Of a DNA stretch of 64,000 nucleotides, positions 38,032 through 47,705 are shown piece by piece; the first letter of the stretch is position 1; each line of letters starts with the position of its first letter. The notes below the pieces were generated by a model that saw only the letters and a list, made by a program, of their open reading frames with translations, ran no database searches and was not told the origin of the DNA. The translations under genes were made by a program, and so were the position numbers. This DNA is from an uncultured Gammaproteobacteria bacterium (lineage in GTDB: Bacteria; Patescibacteriota; Microgenomatia; UBA10105; UBA927). The DNA is taken from positions 14,214 through 78,213 of the forward strand of contig CAZNKB010000004.1 of assembly GCA_964573695.1 (NCBI GenBank), written 5' to 3'.

Positions 38032-38949
38032 GTGCTCGTTGTTGGGAGCACGATATGGGGCTTTTGTTGCGATACACGATCACGTATAATCCTATACGTT
38101 TGTGGTTTGCCCGATTGGATTTATATGTCTAACAAACGTACAAAAAATAACTTTATCCCCAGAACAAAAAAAATATTTAACAAACTTTTTCGGCGATATG
38201 TGGCGGTTCCGTTTTTATACGGGAATTTAGCAAAAAGCATGCCGGAATTGGGGTTTACCGATACCATTCGGATGCTACTGAGGCATTACGTACGCGTTCC
38301 CTGGTTCGGGCAAAAATATTTGTTCAACGTTCGGTTTAATCACGACATTATAGAATATTATGATGGTTATCTTCTTCAAAACACAAAATCATCAAAAGGA
38401 TTTTTAGGATTTGGACTTATGCATTATGCGTTGATTACGAATACGCGACCGAAACGCGTGCTTTGTATTGGCTCCAAAAAGGGATTCATTCCTGCAATGT
38501 GCGCTATGGCATGTCGTGACATGAAATACGGACACGTGGACTTTGTGGACGCGGGATACTCTGACGCCGATGAAAATAGTAACCAGCATTGGGGAGGCGT
38601 AGGATTATGGAGAAACGTGAATCCCAAACACCACTTTTCCTTCCTTGAGTTGTCGCCATATATCACAACACATGTGATGACAACAAAAGATTTTTTCCGG
38701 AAGAACAGGGAAAAATACCAATATATTTATATAGACGGAGATCATACATATGAAGGTGTGAAGCATGATTATCTTAAGGCATGGCCTCATCTTGAAGTAA
38801 ACGGCTACATGGTCTTTCACGATACTCGCGTGCAGCATATAAAAGATCAGCTCCCTTATGGAGTCGGGAAGTTATGGCAGGAGATAAAAAGTCATAACAA
38901 AATTACGTTTGATGTCGCTGCCGGCCTCGGAATAATACAAAAAAAATAA
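38032..38949 (+). CDS. TylF/CmcI-like class I SAM-dependent O-methyltransferase (divergent paralog of 37191-37892)
   Basis: RVLCIGSKKGFIPAMCAMAC...HVDFVDAGYSD...YIYIDGDHTYEGVKHD. The true start may be the internal Met at 38125 (MSNKRTKNN). Confidence 0.55.
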   Translation: MLVVGSTIWGFCCDTRSRIILYVCGLPDWIYMSNKRTKNNFIPRTKKIFNKLFRRYVAVPFLYGNLAKSMPELGFTDTIRMLLRHYVRVPWFGQKYLFNVRFNHDIIEYYDGYLLQNTKSSKGFLGFGLMHYALITNTRPKRVLCIGSKKGFIPAMCAMACRDMKYGHVDFVDAGYSDADENSNQHWGGVGLWRNVNPKHHFSFLELSPYITTHVMTTKDFFRKNREKYQYIYIDGDHTYEGVKHDYLKAWPHLEVNGYMVFHDTRVQHIKDQLPYGVGKLWQEIKSHNKITFDVAAGLGIIQKK

Positions 38950-38957
38950 TACAGACT

Positions 38958-40193
38958 ATGTTAAAAGGCGCCTTTTTTTATCTTACTCATCATCCAACGC
39001 TGGTAAGCGATGGTGTCGTTGATTTCTCCCATTTTCCTTCCGTGCACAGGCTTAGGTTGGCGACGCGGCGGTTTTCAATCGCAAGCCATACACCGGCGTT
39101 TGTTTTGGATATGGAGATCATGGCCCAGCGCTTAATGGTTGCAAAACGAAGCTTAAAAAAATACTGGAAATCATCAGCCGTCGCGTACTCGTTCAAGACA
39201 AACTATGCTCCCATTGCCAGACTTCGTCGTTATGGTGTTTATGCGGATGTTACATCCGATCGGGAGTTAGCGTATGCATTAAAGGAAGGATATCAAGGTA
39301 AACACATCATATTTAACGGTCCGAATAAAACCCGTGAAACTATACGCACCGCCTGGAAACACAACGTGCTCATACAAATTGATAATCGCGAGGAGCTTAT
39401 GATGATACACGCGATGTCTCGTTCCATGCGATTGCCTGTCCGCATCGGCTGTCGGTTGAATCCCACCGGGCACAGTATGGAATTCAGCCGATTCGGATTA
39501 CACCCAGACGAATTATTTGACCCAGAAATTTTGTCCATGTTGATACATAGCAAGAACCTGTTGTTTGAGGGTGTGCATTTTCATACTGGGTCCGATATAG
39601 ATGATCTTTCTATCTTTGAAAAAGCGGCGACAATGGCCGGGCAAGTCGTACAAAAATTTGCCCACTTAGGTGTCGCTGTTCGTTATGTGAACTGCGGCGG
39701 CGGCGTTAAATCTCACGGGATGAAACCCTACGACAAAAAAACGTGGCATCCGTATGAATTTGATACCTACGTCGAAACAATCTGGAGAGCTCTTAGAAGG
39801 CAGTATGCAAACGCTCAACATCTCACGATCATGATAGAGCCGGGAAGATATCTTGTGGATGATGCATCGGTGTTTATTGCGCGCGCTCGTAGGGTAAAGG
39901 CAGGTATAAAGCAATCTGTGTATACAGACGGTTCAACCGCAATGCTTCCCCTTTCTCAGTATCGTCCTCAAATCGTCCGCGCGTATTCTCCGCTCTTTTC
40001 GCCGCGCCAATCTGCTCCGAAGCCTACGATCGTATATGGCGCGACGCTTCGGGAAGAAGATATCTTGTATCGTGGCTGGCTGCCTGCACTTTCTCCCGAT
40101 GATTTTCTCATATTTTATAGTGTTGGCGCATACAATCAAGCCTTGGCCTCTGATTTTATTTACGAGAAACCCAAATCTTTCGTATTTGAGTAA
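38958..40193 (+). CDS. Fold-type-III PLP-dependent decarboxylase (Orn/DAP/Arg decarboxylase family 2, alanine-racemase-like TIM barrel)
   Basis: VHFHTGSDIDD (the HxHxGS box). Domain order matches diaminopimelate/ornithine decarboxylases. 411 aa. Confidence 0.6.
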   Translation: MLKGAFFYLTHHPTLVSDGVVDFSHFPSVHRLRLATRRFSIASHTPAFVLDMEIMAQRLMVAKRSLKKYWKSSAVAYSFKTNYAPIARLRRYGVYADVTSDRELAYALKEGYQGKHIIFNGPNKTRETIRTAWKHNVLIQIDNREELMMIHAMSRSMRLPVRIGCRLNPTGHSMEFSRFGLHPDELFDPEILSMLIHSKNLLFEGVHFHTGSDIDDLSIFEKAATMAGQVVQKFAHLGVAVRYVNCGGGVKSHGMKPYDKKTWHPYEFDTYVETIWRALRRQYANAQHLTIMIEPGRYLVDDASVFIARARRVKAGIKQSVYTDGSTAMLPLSQYRPQIVRAYSPLFSPRQSAPKPTIVYGATLREEDILYRGWLPALSPDDFLIFYSVGAYNQALASDFIYEKPKSFVFE

Positions 40194-40275
40194 TAAGCTC
40201 GTAGGATGTCATCCGTAAGGATCAGCTGCCGACCATGTAATTGGTTATATAAACGCTTATGCTACAATTCGTGCT

Positions 40276-41517
40276 ATGTTCTCCCAAATAACTCAAAGAA
40301 AATTACTGAGGCAACTTGAGCATTTAGAGGGTTTCGACCAGCAACTCCTAAATCTTACGGCAAATCAGAACACCTTGTCTCCGTTAGCTATGAGATTTTA
40401 CCGATCGCCCATGGGGCTTCGGTATGATTTCGGAAGAGGCGCGAAGGGGGTCATGACTGCAGACAACTTTGGAAACTTTTCTGCTATCACCTACCCCAAA
40501 ATGCATGACCTCCTAGACGATGCGCATCGCAAAGCGAAACAAATGCTTCACGCAAAGGAAGTAAACCTCAATTGTCTGTCAGGGGCCCATGCGATGTTAT
40601 GTGCCCTATTGGGTTCTACTAAGCCCGGCGACACGATCATGTCTGTTCGAGAGGAAGACGGTGGGCATTTCTGTACCAAACCTATTGTCGATAGCATTGG
40701 GAGAAAACACGTGTTTGCTGAATATGATGTAACACACCTAACCTTTGATGTGCAAAAGACTGCGGCGCGATTCCGTTCTTCCGGGGCTCGGGTGTTGTAT
40801 CTTGATACATCGGTGTTGTTGCGGCCGCATCCTCTGCGAGAGCTTCGACGCGCGATTCCTCAACACGCCATTATCATTTACGATGCAAGTCATACGTTGG
40901 GATTAATAATGGGCGGTGAATTTCAGGCGCCACTTTCCGAAGGGGCAGATGTTATTTCGGCAAATACCCATAAAACATTTCCCGGACCTCATAAAGGGAT
41001 ATTGGCATTTAGGAGTATGGAAATGGCGGATCGTATGCGTCCGGTTATACAAAATTTGTATTCGACGGTGCATACAAATAGTCTGTTGGCGCTCGCGGTG
41101 ACCATACTGGAAATGTCGACGTTTGGGCGGACATATGCAAAGCAAGTGATTCGAAACTCCAATGCTTTTGGTGATGCATTAGCTCGTGCGGGATTCCGTG
41201 TGCGAAAAGTGGACGATATGTACAGTCATAATCACCAGGCCCACGTGTTTATTGATAACACAGGTGATGCTGCAGTGGGGATGTTTCTCAAAAACGGCAT
41301 GTCTATCAACACCAGCGATGCATTGGGTGGAAAAACGTTTATCCGTTTTGGTATGCAGGAGATTACAAAACGCGGGATGAGTGAACAAGATGTGCAGAAG
41401 TTAGCTGTGTGTGTAGGGGGTGTTTTGAAGGGTAAATCGGTTTCGAAGGAAGTCGCGGCGCTGAATAAACGTTTTTCGGGAGTCAGTTACTGTTTTCCGT
41501 ACAGTAATAATTTTTGA
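40276..41517 (+). CDS. Serine hydroxymethyltransferase-like fold-type-I PLP enzyme (divergent SHMT/threonine-aldolase relative)
   Basis: ISANTHKTFPGPHKGIL aligns with the SHMT PLP-lysine box TTTHKTLRGPRGG. 413 aa. Confidence 0.5.
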   Translation: MFSQITQRKLLRQLEHLEGFDQQLLNLTANQNTLSPLAMRFYRSPMGLRYDFGRGAKGVMTADNFGNFSAITYPKMHDLLDDAHRKAKQMLHAKEVNLNCLSGAHAMLCALLGSTKPGDTIMSVREEDGGHFCTKPIVDSIGRKHVFAEYDVTHLTFDVQKTAARFRSSGARVLYLDTSVLLRPHPLRELRRAIPQHAIIIYDASHTLGLIMGGEFQAPLSEGADVISANTHKTFPGPHKGILAFRSMEMADRMRPVIQNLYSTVHTNSLLALAVTILEMSTFGRTYAKQVIRNSNAFGDALARAGFRVRKVDDMYSHNHQAHVFIDNTGDAAVGMFLKNGMSINTSDALGGKTFIRFGMQEITKRGMSEQDVQKLAVCVGGVLKGKSVSKEVAALNKRFSGVSYCFPYSNNF

Positions 41518-42833
41518 ACGTCGCAAAAGAAGTCTTCTACGCTTCGTTTGCGAACATGCGGAAGGAAAAAAAATTTATATAAGATAGCCTGTCTTATATA
41601 GTTACCGCTAAATCGATACTTTTTTTTCTTCGCATACAACCAATAGCGTTTTTCGATAAATTTAGACAAGGAAAAGTGTTTCTTTTTGTCAAATATGACG
41701 CCGCATGTAAGCCCTAACGGATCACTTATTATTTCTGCATGAGGAAAGAGTTGACGTATGCGTTCAATAAAAAATTCTTTCAGACGTAGCTGTTTATTGA
41801 TGACGAAACGAAACTGCGATTTACCATATTGATGAATGACCGCCCATATCGCTGCGGCTGTGGCTCCGGGTCGTGATCCGGAAATAGTATTGTCTCGCAT
41901 CGCGAATACCGGCACTTCTTTTTCTATGAGTGTACGTAGAGGCGTGCGATACAAAACAGCGCCGGCACCGTACGGGACTGCAGCAAATTTGGAGAAATCT
42001 ACGGAAAACGAATGAATATACGGGCTTGAAAAGGGTTTGTAGTCTTCGGTAATAAATGGAAGAATAAATCCGTTAAACGCCGCGTCAATTGCGATAGATA
42101 CGTGAATATGTTTGTGGATTTTTTGTAGGTCATAGACAAGTGTTGTGATTGCCTTTATGTCGTCGCTCGATCCTGTTTCCGTGTACCCAGCGGTTGCAGA
42201 AATCAGAAACCCGCGTGTGCCCTGCCTAATAAGACGGAGCATGGTAGATTTGAGCGCGTGAATATCCATGGTCCAAGAGCACGGATCAAGCGGTATAGAG
42301 GTATGTGCCAAAGAAAACATCGCACATGCTTTATCGATAGAATAGTGCGTGAGATCTGTTTCGAGCACATGTATCTGGTGTAACGCGGCGTATTGCAGAA
42401 GATATGCTTTTCCAATCCATACAGCATAGAGATTGCCTTCTGTCCCGCCCGACGTAACATAACCTTCGACGTGTTCTGATTTTGCTTTATACAGGTGGAT
42501 GAGTTTTTGGATGAGTTCGTATTCGAGTCGTTTCGTACCACCTTCGTGTGAAGCATTGCTCCAATTGCCAAGATTATTGGTGTTGCATCGGAGAAAATCT
42601 CCGTACACTTTGGCGGCGTATGGATTGGCTCGTGGAGCGAGCGCGCCTATGTTATGACTGATTCCGTATTTTTTGATGTCGTTTTCCGTCTGTGAAAGCC
42701 GTGCATTGATGCGGAATTTTGCATATGGGTGTTCAGGAAAAACTGTTTTCATGAGCGGGCCATACGCGATCGATGCGGGATTTCTTAGACGGGCGTACAT
42801 CTTGCGTATAAATGTTCGTAACGTGTTGTTCAT
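41487..42833 (-). CDS. Group II PLP-dependent amino-acid decarboxylase (MfnA / tyrosine- / glutamate-decarboxylase-like)
   Basis: VTSGGTEGNLYAVWIG (the group II decarboxylase SGGTEAN box). There is a downstream PLP-lysine region, with SVDFSKFAAVPYGAGAVLYR as the candidate. 448 aa. Confidence 0.6.
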   Translation of the reverse strand: MNNTLRTFIRKMYARLRNPASIAYGPLMKTVFPEHPYAKFRINARLSQTENDIKKYGISHNIGALAPRANPYAAKVYGDFLRCNTNNLGNWSNASHEGGTKRLEYELIQKLIHLYKAKSEHVEGYVTSGGTEGNLYAVWIGKAYLLQYAALHQIHVLETDLTHYSIDKACAMFSLAHTSIPLDPCSWTMDIHALKSTMLRLIRQGTRGFLISATAGYTETGSSDDIKAITTLVYDLQKIHKHIHVSIAIDAAFNGFILPFITEDYKPFSSPYIHSFSVDFSKFAAVPYGAGAVLYRTPLRTLIEKEVPVFAMRDNTISGSRPGATAAAIWAVIHQYGKSQFRFVINKQLRLKEFFIERIRQLFPHAEIISDPLGLTCGVIFDKKKHFSLSKFIEKRYWLYAKKKKYRFSGNYIRQAILYKFFFLPHVRKRSVEDFFCDVQKLLLYGKQ

Positions 42834-42849
42834 GGGGTAAGTGCGAGTT

Positions 42850-43833
42850 TTACCACCGGTCGTGTACGTACGGCTTTATGCGGCGGGTATATATAGCCCG
42901 GACGCCGTCCATTGTTGTCTTATCCAGTTTTGGCATGTCGCTGGCCCTGCTGTTTTCCATGATCTGGTTTGGCGATTTCCCACCCGCGATAACCGTTGAC
43001 ACGGCGTCTTGCATAAGGATCCAACGAAGGGCGAATTGTGCCATGGTAAATTCTTTGGGTGTGATTGCTCGTAAATCCCTCACCGCTTTGAGCCCGGCGC
43101 CAAAATCTACCCCAGCAAATGTTTCTCCAATATCAAAATACTGACCGCGCCTATTGAACGAGCGGTGGTCATTTTTGGGAAATCGGGAGATTATATGAAA
43201 TTTGCCCGTGAGAAGTCCGCTTGCTAACGGTACGCGAACAATCACGCCTACATTTCGACGTTTTGCTTCCCGAAAAAACAATTCCATTGGCCGTTGGCGG
43301 AACATGTTACAAATTATTTGTACCGATGAAACATTGGGGTACTCGATAGCCTTAAGTCCTTCCTCGACTTTTTCTACACTGACTCCGTAATATTTTATCC
43401 TGCCTTTTTTCACGAGTTCGTCAAGGAAGAAGAATATTTCTGGGCGATAAAATACTTGTGTGGGAGGCGTATGAAGCTGCACTAAATCCAAGCAGTCGGT
43501 TCGAAGATTTTTTCGGCACCGATCTACAAATGCGGCAATATTACTTTTTGTATACCCTTCTGCCACGTGCGGGGAGAGACGACGGCCGATTTTTGTCGCG
43601 ACGATTACTCGACGTCGGCACGATGCGGCATACTCTCCAATAAGACGCTCACTTCTCCCGTCGCCGTAGATATCCGCAGTGTCGATAAAATTGATCCCCG
43701 CACTATCCAGGCTTGCCAATGCCGTTCTCGCCTGTTCTTCAGTCACTGTTCCCCAATCAGATCCCAGCGACCAGCTACCGTAGCCGATTTCCGATACTTT
43801 GAATTTGGTTTTCCCTAAAAATCTGTATTTCAT
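42850..43833 (-). CDS. Aldo/keto reductase family oxidoreductase
   Basis: MKYRFLGKTKFKVSEIGYGSWSLG...GINFIDTADIYGDGRSERLIG, the canonical AKR N-terminus. 327 aa. Confidence 0.8.
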   Translation of the reverse strand: MKYRFLGKTKFKVSEIGYGSWSLGSDWGTVTEEQARTALASLDSAGINFIDTADIYGDGRSERLIGEYAASCRRRVIVATKIGRRLSPHVAEGYTKSNIAAFVDRCRKNLRTDCLDLVQLHTPPTQVFYRPEIFFFLDELVKKGRIKYYGVSVEKVEEGLKAIEYPNVSSVQIICNMFRQRPMELFFREAKRRNVGVIVRVPLASGLLTGKFHIISRFPKNDHRSFNRRGQYFDIGETFAGVDFGAGLKAVRDLRAITPKEFTMAQFALRWILMQDAVSTVIAGGKSPNQIMENSRASDMPKLDKTTMDGVRAIYTRRIKPYVHDRW

Positions 43834-43858
43834 AGATTCACAAATCCTTGCCGATTTT

Positions 43859-45229
43859 TTACGATCGATTATATATTTGGGCAGAAAAATTTAATACCGA
43901 ATATTTATACGGATGCAAAAAACGGTGTATTTTATGGACAAGCCGTCGCGGATACCTTGCGTTGACACGGATTATTTCTTGAGCATATGTATCCATCTCG
44001 AGCCGAAATTGTTTGCCTGCCATTCCGTCGCGCCGGTCGAGTAGATAGGCAGCTGTCTTTTGGCGTTTGGATAATATAGTATCAGATTCTTTTGTCTTCA
44101 CAAGATGACGTATGCGGGCGAAAAGCTGTTTGAAATCCGTAACCGTATACGAAAGTTTTTGTACCTCAGACAATTTCGGGAAGCGTTCTCCCCATAATCC
44201 CTGCGTTTGATCAGGATACAAATAGATAACCGGCTTGCCGAGAGAAAGAAATTCTCCCGATATACTTGATAAGTCGGTAACCATGATATCCGCTGCAATA
44301 AGAGAGTGATTTGGTCCCCAAAAAGAAGAGATGCTTGAATCGTCGAAACACACATTATCGAAATGATTCAGTACGCGAAGAATTTTTGGCTTTGCACCAT
44401 ACTGAAGAATAGATATGTGGTGAGGGCGGATGATGACATTTAGGTGCAATTTGCGTGCAATCGTACAAAATTCATAAAGATGTTTTTCATCTTCCTCCTC
44501 TCGCCCGATAGACCAAATCTTGAGTGATTCCCACGTCGGCGAATAGAGGAGAGTTTTTTTGCGCGGATCTAGGTTAAAGCGTTTGAGAATTTTATTCTTG
44601 TCGAGTTGCCCGGTATACAGCGTATCATCAAGCACTCTTCCAATTCGGCGCATCCGAGGATCATTGGGATCAAGTTCTCCGAATGTGACAAGTTCATCGT
44701 GTACGATTTTTCCAGAAAGCAGCAGGCGTCCGTACGTATGAAGCGACCGGATGTGATCGTCGCGTATATACGGCAATGGGCCGATTTGGAATAGCTCACC
44801 ATGAAAAACCTGTACAATATGGCCTCTCATTGGTTTTTCGATAATTGGCAACACCATGTCCAAAAGCCACATAACGGGGGTGACATAAAGAGAGGCAAGG
44901 AATCTGACGTGCAACGCAAATTTTCGCATCCACTCCTCGTGTGCAATGTGTTTATCGGGGGGAAGCGAGCAGTATGACGGCGAACATAAGTCTAGCGGGT
45001 GTGTTGCATACGGCATGTCAAAAAGAATTTTGTTTGATATGAATCGGGGTGCTTTTGTGAAGCTTTTGGTATTTGAATACACCATGACAGGAAGAATATA
45101 CGGTGAAGAGATTAAATTTTTGTAGTAAGCATCCATATTTCTCCCCGACCCCGCCGAGGAATCTATTGCCATAATGAAACAGGGTATTGTTGTGACAAGC
45201 GGTTTTATTGTTTTAGATGAATGATGCAT
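43859..45229 (-). CDS. CDP-glycerol/CDP-polyol:poly(polyol-phosphate) phosphotransferase (TagB/TagF/Glyphos_transf family)
   Basis: C-terminal half LHLNVIIRPHHISI...FDDSSISSFWGPNHSLIAADIMVTDLSSISGEFLSLGKPVIYLYPD resembles the TagF catalytic core (conserved His, then the SEF...KPV region). Confidence 0.55.
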   Translation of the reverse strand: MHHSSKTIKPLVTTIPCFIMAIDSSAGSGRNMDAYYKNLISSPYILPVMVYSNTKSFTKAPRFISNKILFDMPYATHPLDLCSPSYCSLPPDKHIAHEEWMRKFALHVRFLASLYVTPVMWLLDMVLPIIEKPMRGHIVQVFHGELFQIGPLPYIRDDHIRSLHTYGRLLLSGKIVHDELVTFGELDPNDPRMRRIGRVLDDTLYTGQLDKNKILKRFNLDPRKKTLLYSPTWESLKIWSIGREEEDEKHLYEFCTIARKLHLNVIIRPHHISILQYGAKPKILRVLNHFDNVCFDDSSISSFWGPNHSLIAADIMVTDLSSISGEFLSLGKPVIYLYPDQTQGLWGERFPKLSEVQKLSYTVTDFKQLFARIRHLVKTKESDTILSKRQKTAAYLLDRRDGMAGKQFRLEMDTYAQEIIRVNARYPRRLVHKIHRFLHPYKYSVLNFSAQIYNRS

Positions 45230-45341
45230 GGTGAAAGTTTGGGGTAGGCATCCGTTCGTTAGACAGAGCGATCGATTTATTCCGTCGATTGGTAATTTGT
45301 GGCTTTATCCGAAAAGATTTTTCAATTATATTCATGTATGT

Positions 45342-45354
45342 TTGACACTGTCAA
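45342..45354. promoter_or_regulatory. Perfect 13-nt palindrome TTGACACTGTCAA in the divergent intergenic region between the TagF-like operon and the kinase gene
   Basis: TTGACA-C-TGTCAA as seen directly in the sequence. It could be a -35 element embedded in an operator. Confidence 0.3.
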
Positions 45355-45420
45355 TTTAACCCTTTTTTATTTGGCGCGAGCTGTGGAGAGTTTCTCGCGG
45401 TAGAATATGGTTTATTTTGT

Positions 45421-46041
45421 ATGAAAATAGCATTTATCGGCATGTCGGGAAGCGGAAAGACATTCTGGTCAAAACAGTTGTCGGCGAGAGGATTTATATC
45501 CTGGTGCTGCGACGAGCTAATAGGACAAAAACTTGCGAACGAGCAGCATATATTTGGTTCCACGGGCACGAAAACCGTAGCAGAATGGATGGGTCAACCC
45601 TATGAAATACAGTATCAGGAGCGTAGTGCGCTGTATTTGGAGAAAGAGGCGTTGATGATGCAGGAAATTCTGACTTCTGTAGAACGCTCCCGAGCGGATG
45701 AGAACATAGTTATTGATACGACCGGTAGTCTGATTTACATCAACGAAAATATTATCCGGTCATTGAAACGTCAAGTAACTTTTGTATACTTGTGTCCTCC
45801 GGCATCGTATATAGATCGTATGATACAGCTGTATTTTGACGACCCGAAGCCGATAATTTGGGGTGATGCATACCATAGAAAATCCGGAGAAACACGCCTT
45901 CAGTCAATACGCCGATGTTACCCTGCGCTTCTTCAGTACAGAAGCACGCGGTACCAAATACTCGCGGACAAAACAGTGAACACAAGTGTGTTTACAAGGC
46001 CTGATTTTACGGTAGATACATTACTGCCGCTTCTTGTCTGA
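45421..46041 (+). CDS. P-loop small-molecule kinase (shikimate/gluconate-kinase-like, AAA_33-type)
   Basis: MKIAFIGMSGSGKTFWSKQL, a Walker A motif at the extreme N-terminus. 206 aa. This is the only plus-strand gene in a minus-strand biosynthetic operon. Confidence 0.5.
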   Translation: MKIAFIGMSGSGKTFWSKQLSARGFISWCCDELIGQKLANEQHIFGSTGTKTVAEWMGQPYEIQYQERSALYLEKEALMMQEILTSVERSRADENIVIDTTGSLIYINENIIRSLKRQVTFVYLCPPASYIDRMIQLYFDDPKPIIWGDAYHRKSGETRLQSIRRCYPALLQYRSTRYQILADKTVNTSVFTRPDFTVDTLLPLLV

Positions 46042-46062
46042 GAGTGAATTTTACGCGTTGTG

Positions 46063-46821
46063 CTATTTGCGGGATATAATTTTGTGGATGTGGGCATTGG
46101 CAAACGTTAAATCTTCTTTCGTGTCGACGTCACACCAGAAGTCCGTTTTTAGATTGTCTTGGTAATAAACATTGCCACCTTTTTGGGCAATGTGCTGGAA
46201 TGCGTATTCAGGATATTCCTGGGTCAGATTATTATTGATGATAATCTCAAGCGAAGTGCAGACTTCCTCAGACGCATCTTTTGGGACGTAGTCGATTCCC
46301 TGCGCTACACCGTACGATGCTTCCCAGGGAATTTGTTTCCCGTACTCGATAACGGTGCCCGTTTTTTGATTCACCCGTATGGAGAATTCTTCCGCACTCT
46401 CCCTCTTTTTCGGTTCGACGGCTGAGGTAATTCCTTTTGCATTGCGGGTTAAGCGTTCCGGAATTTCTTTGTTGTATAGGAGATCACCTGCCAGCCGCAA
46501 AAAATTGGTATTCCGTATGTGTTTTCGTGCCAAAAAGAACGAATATATACTATTTTTTTCTTCATACGCGTTGTTGTATATAAATGTACTATGCAGATTT
46601 GGAAAAAATTCCCGTACAAAGTGTCTGATCATGGATGCTTTATGTCCGACAACGAATATGATGTCTGAGACGCCGATTGCGCAAAGATTGGAAATCGAAT
46701 ACCAAAGAAGCGGTTTGCCGCCCACCGGAAGTAGACACTTTGGCATTGTATAAGTTACTGGCTGAAGCCTCCCGCCATCTCCTGCGACCAGGATTAGAGC
46801 TTTGATATTTTTTTTCTTCAT
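46063..46821 (-). CDS. Sugar-phosphate / phospho-alcohol nucleotidyltransferase (LicC/GlmU-N-like NTP_transferase fold)
   Basis: KALILVAGDGGRLQPVTYTMPKCLLPVGGKPLLWYSISNL, the G-x-G-x-R-(L) pyrophosphorylase motif. Start taken at MKKKNIKAL (46821), which gives a 4-nt overlap with the upstream methyltransferase. Confidence 0.7.
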   Translation of the reverse strand: MKKKNIKALILVAGDGGRLQPVTYTMPKCLLPVGGKPLLWYSISNLCAIGVSDIIFVVGHKASMIRHFVREFFPNLHSTFIYNNAYEEKNSIYSFFLARKHIRNTNFLRLAGDLLYNKEIPERLTRNAKGITSAVEPKKRESAEEFSIRVNQKTGTVIEYGKQIPWEASYGVAQGIDYVPKDASEEVCTSLEIIINNNLTQEYPEYAFQHIAQKGGNVYYQDNLKTDFWCDVDTKEDLTFANAHIHKIISRK

Positions 46822-47705
46822 ATGATTCCTTCGGGCCATCGGCGCAGTACAGAAAAATTGATAAACTGTTTTAGGGTATTTATGTCTGCGACGCCGGTTG
46901 TGGGCTTGGTGCATACGAGTATGGTCCGCCAGCTGTTTTTCATCCAGTGGGCATTGGAGTATTCTCCAAAGAGATTTTCGATGCGGAAACCTACGCGTTC
47001 CAGCATGTCTTTGTATTGACCAAGAGTATATTGGTACATGTAGTAGTTAAACGATCCTTTCCGGTTATTTTTGCTCCATTTTCTGTGATAGGAATCGAGC
47101 TGCGATGTTTCGAAATAAATGTTGGTATCAATGAGCTTATATCCGTCGACGGCGCCATGTTTCGTAAACTGATAGACGCCTTTTCTGAGTTTTTTTCCGT
47201 GAGACCGTATATACGCAACATGTGCATGGGCATTGATGATGTCTATCATGAATTTTCCTCCTGGTTTGAGTGCTCGGAAAACACGGCGTAATACGTCTAC
47301 ATTTTCATCATGGGGGAAATATCCGAATGCCGAATACATAGAGATGATGACGTCATATCGGTTGCGCATATGCATGTGTCTCATATCCTGTTTGACAAAT
47401 TTGACCGGTATACGGGCGTTTTGTGCGTCACGACGCGCAATGCCGAGAAAATAGTCCGAATAGTCGAGTCCCGTGACGCGGAATCCACATTTGGCTAGTT
47501 CGATGGTGTGCCTGCCGTGTCCGCAGCCTAAATCAAGAATATTCATGTGGCGAGAAATCCCCAACGCCCGGATGATAAACTGCGCTTCCGCTTTGGCTCG
47601 CTGACCAGATATAATCGGATTATAGAGATTGAAATACGTGGCCCCGAATTCTTTTTTCCACCAGTATTTAGGGGCATGGGATAAGCGATCGTAGGATGGG
47701 ATCAT
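46818..47705 (-). CDS. Class I SAM-dependent methyltransferase
   Basis: ILDLGCGHGRHTIELAKCGFRVTGLDYSD (motif I). There are 4-nt overlaps on both sides. Confidence 0.75.
   Translation of the reverse strand: MIPSYDRLSHAPKYWWKKEFGATYFNLYNPIISGQRAKAEAQFIIRALGISRHMNILDLGCGHGRHTIELAKCGFRVTGLDYSDYFLGIARRDAQNARIPVKFVKQDMRHMHMRNRYDVIISMYSAFGYFPHDENVDVLRRVFRALKPGGKFMIDIINAHAHVAYIRSHGKKLRKGVYQFTKHGAVDGYKLIDTNIYFETSQLDSYHRKWSKNNRKGSFNYYMYQYTLGQYKDMLERVGFRIENLFGEYSNAHWMKNSWRTILVCTKPTTGVADINTLKQFINFSVLRRWPEGII

Noticed and set aside
45421-46041. Interpreting the P-loop kinase as choline kinase (LicA)
   Set aside because: LicA and choline kinases have the aminoglycoside-phosphotransferase fold, not an N-terminal Walker A motif. 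The LicA/LicC analogy is used only as pathway logic, not as homology.
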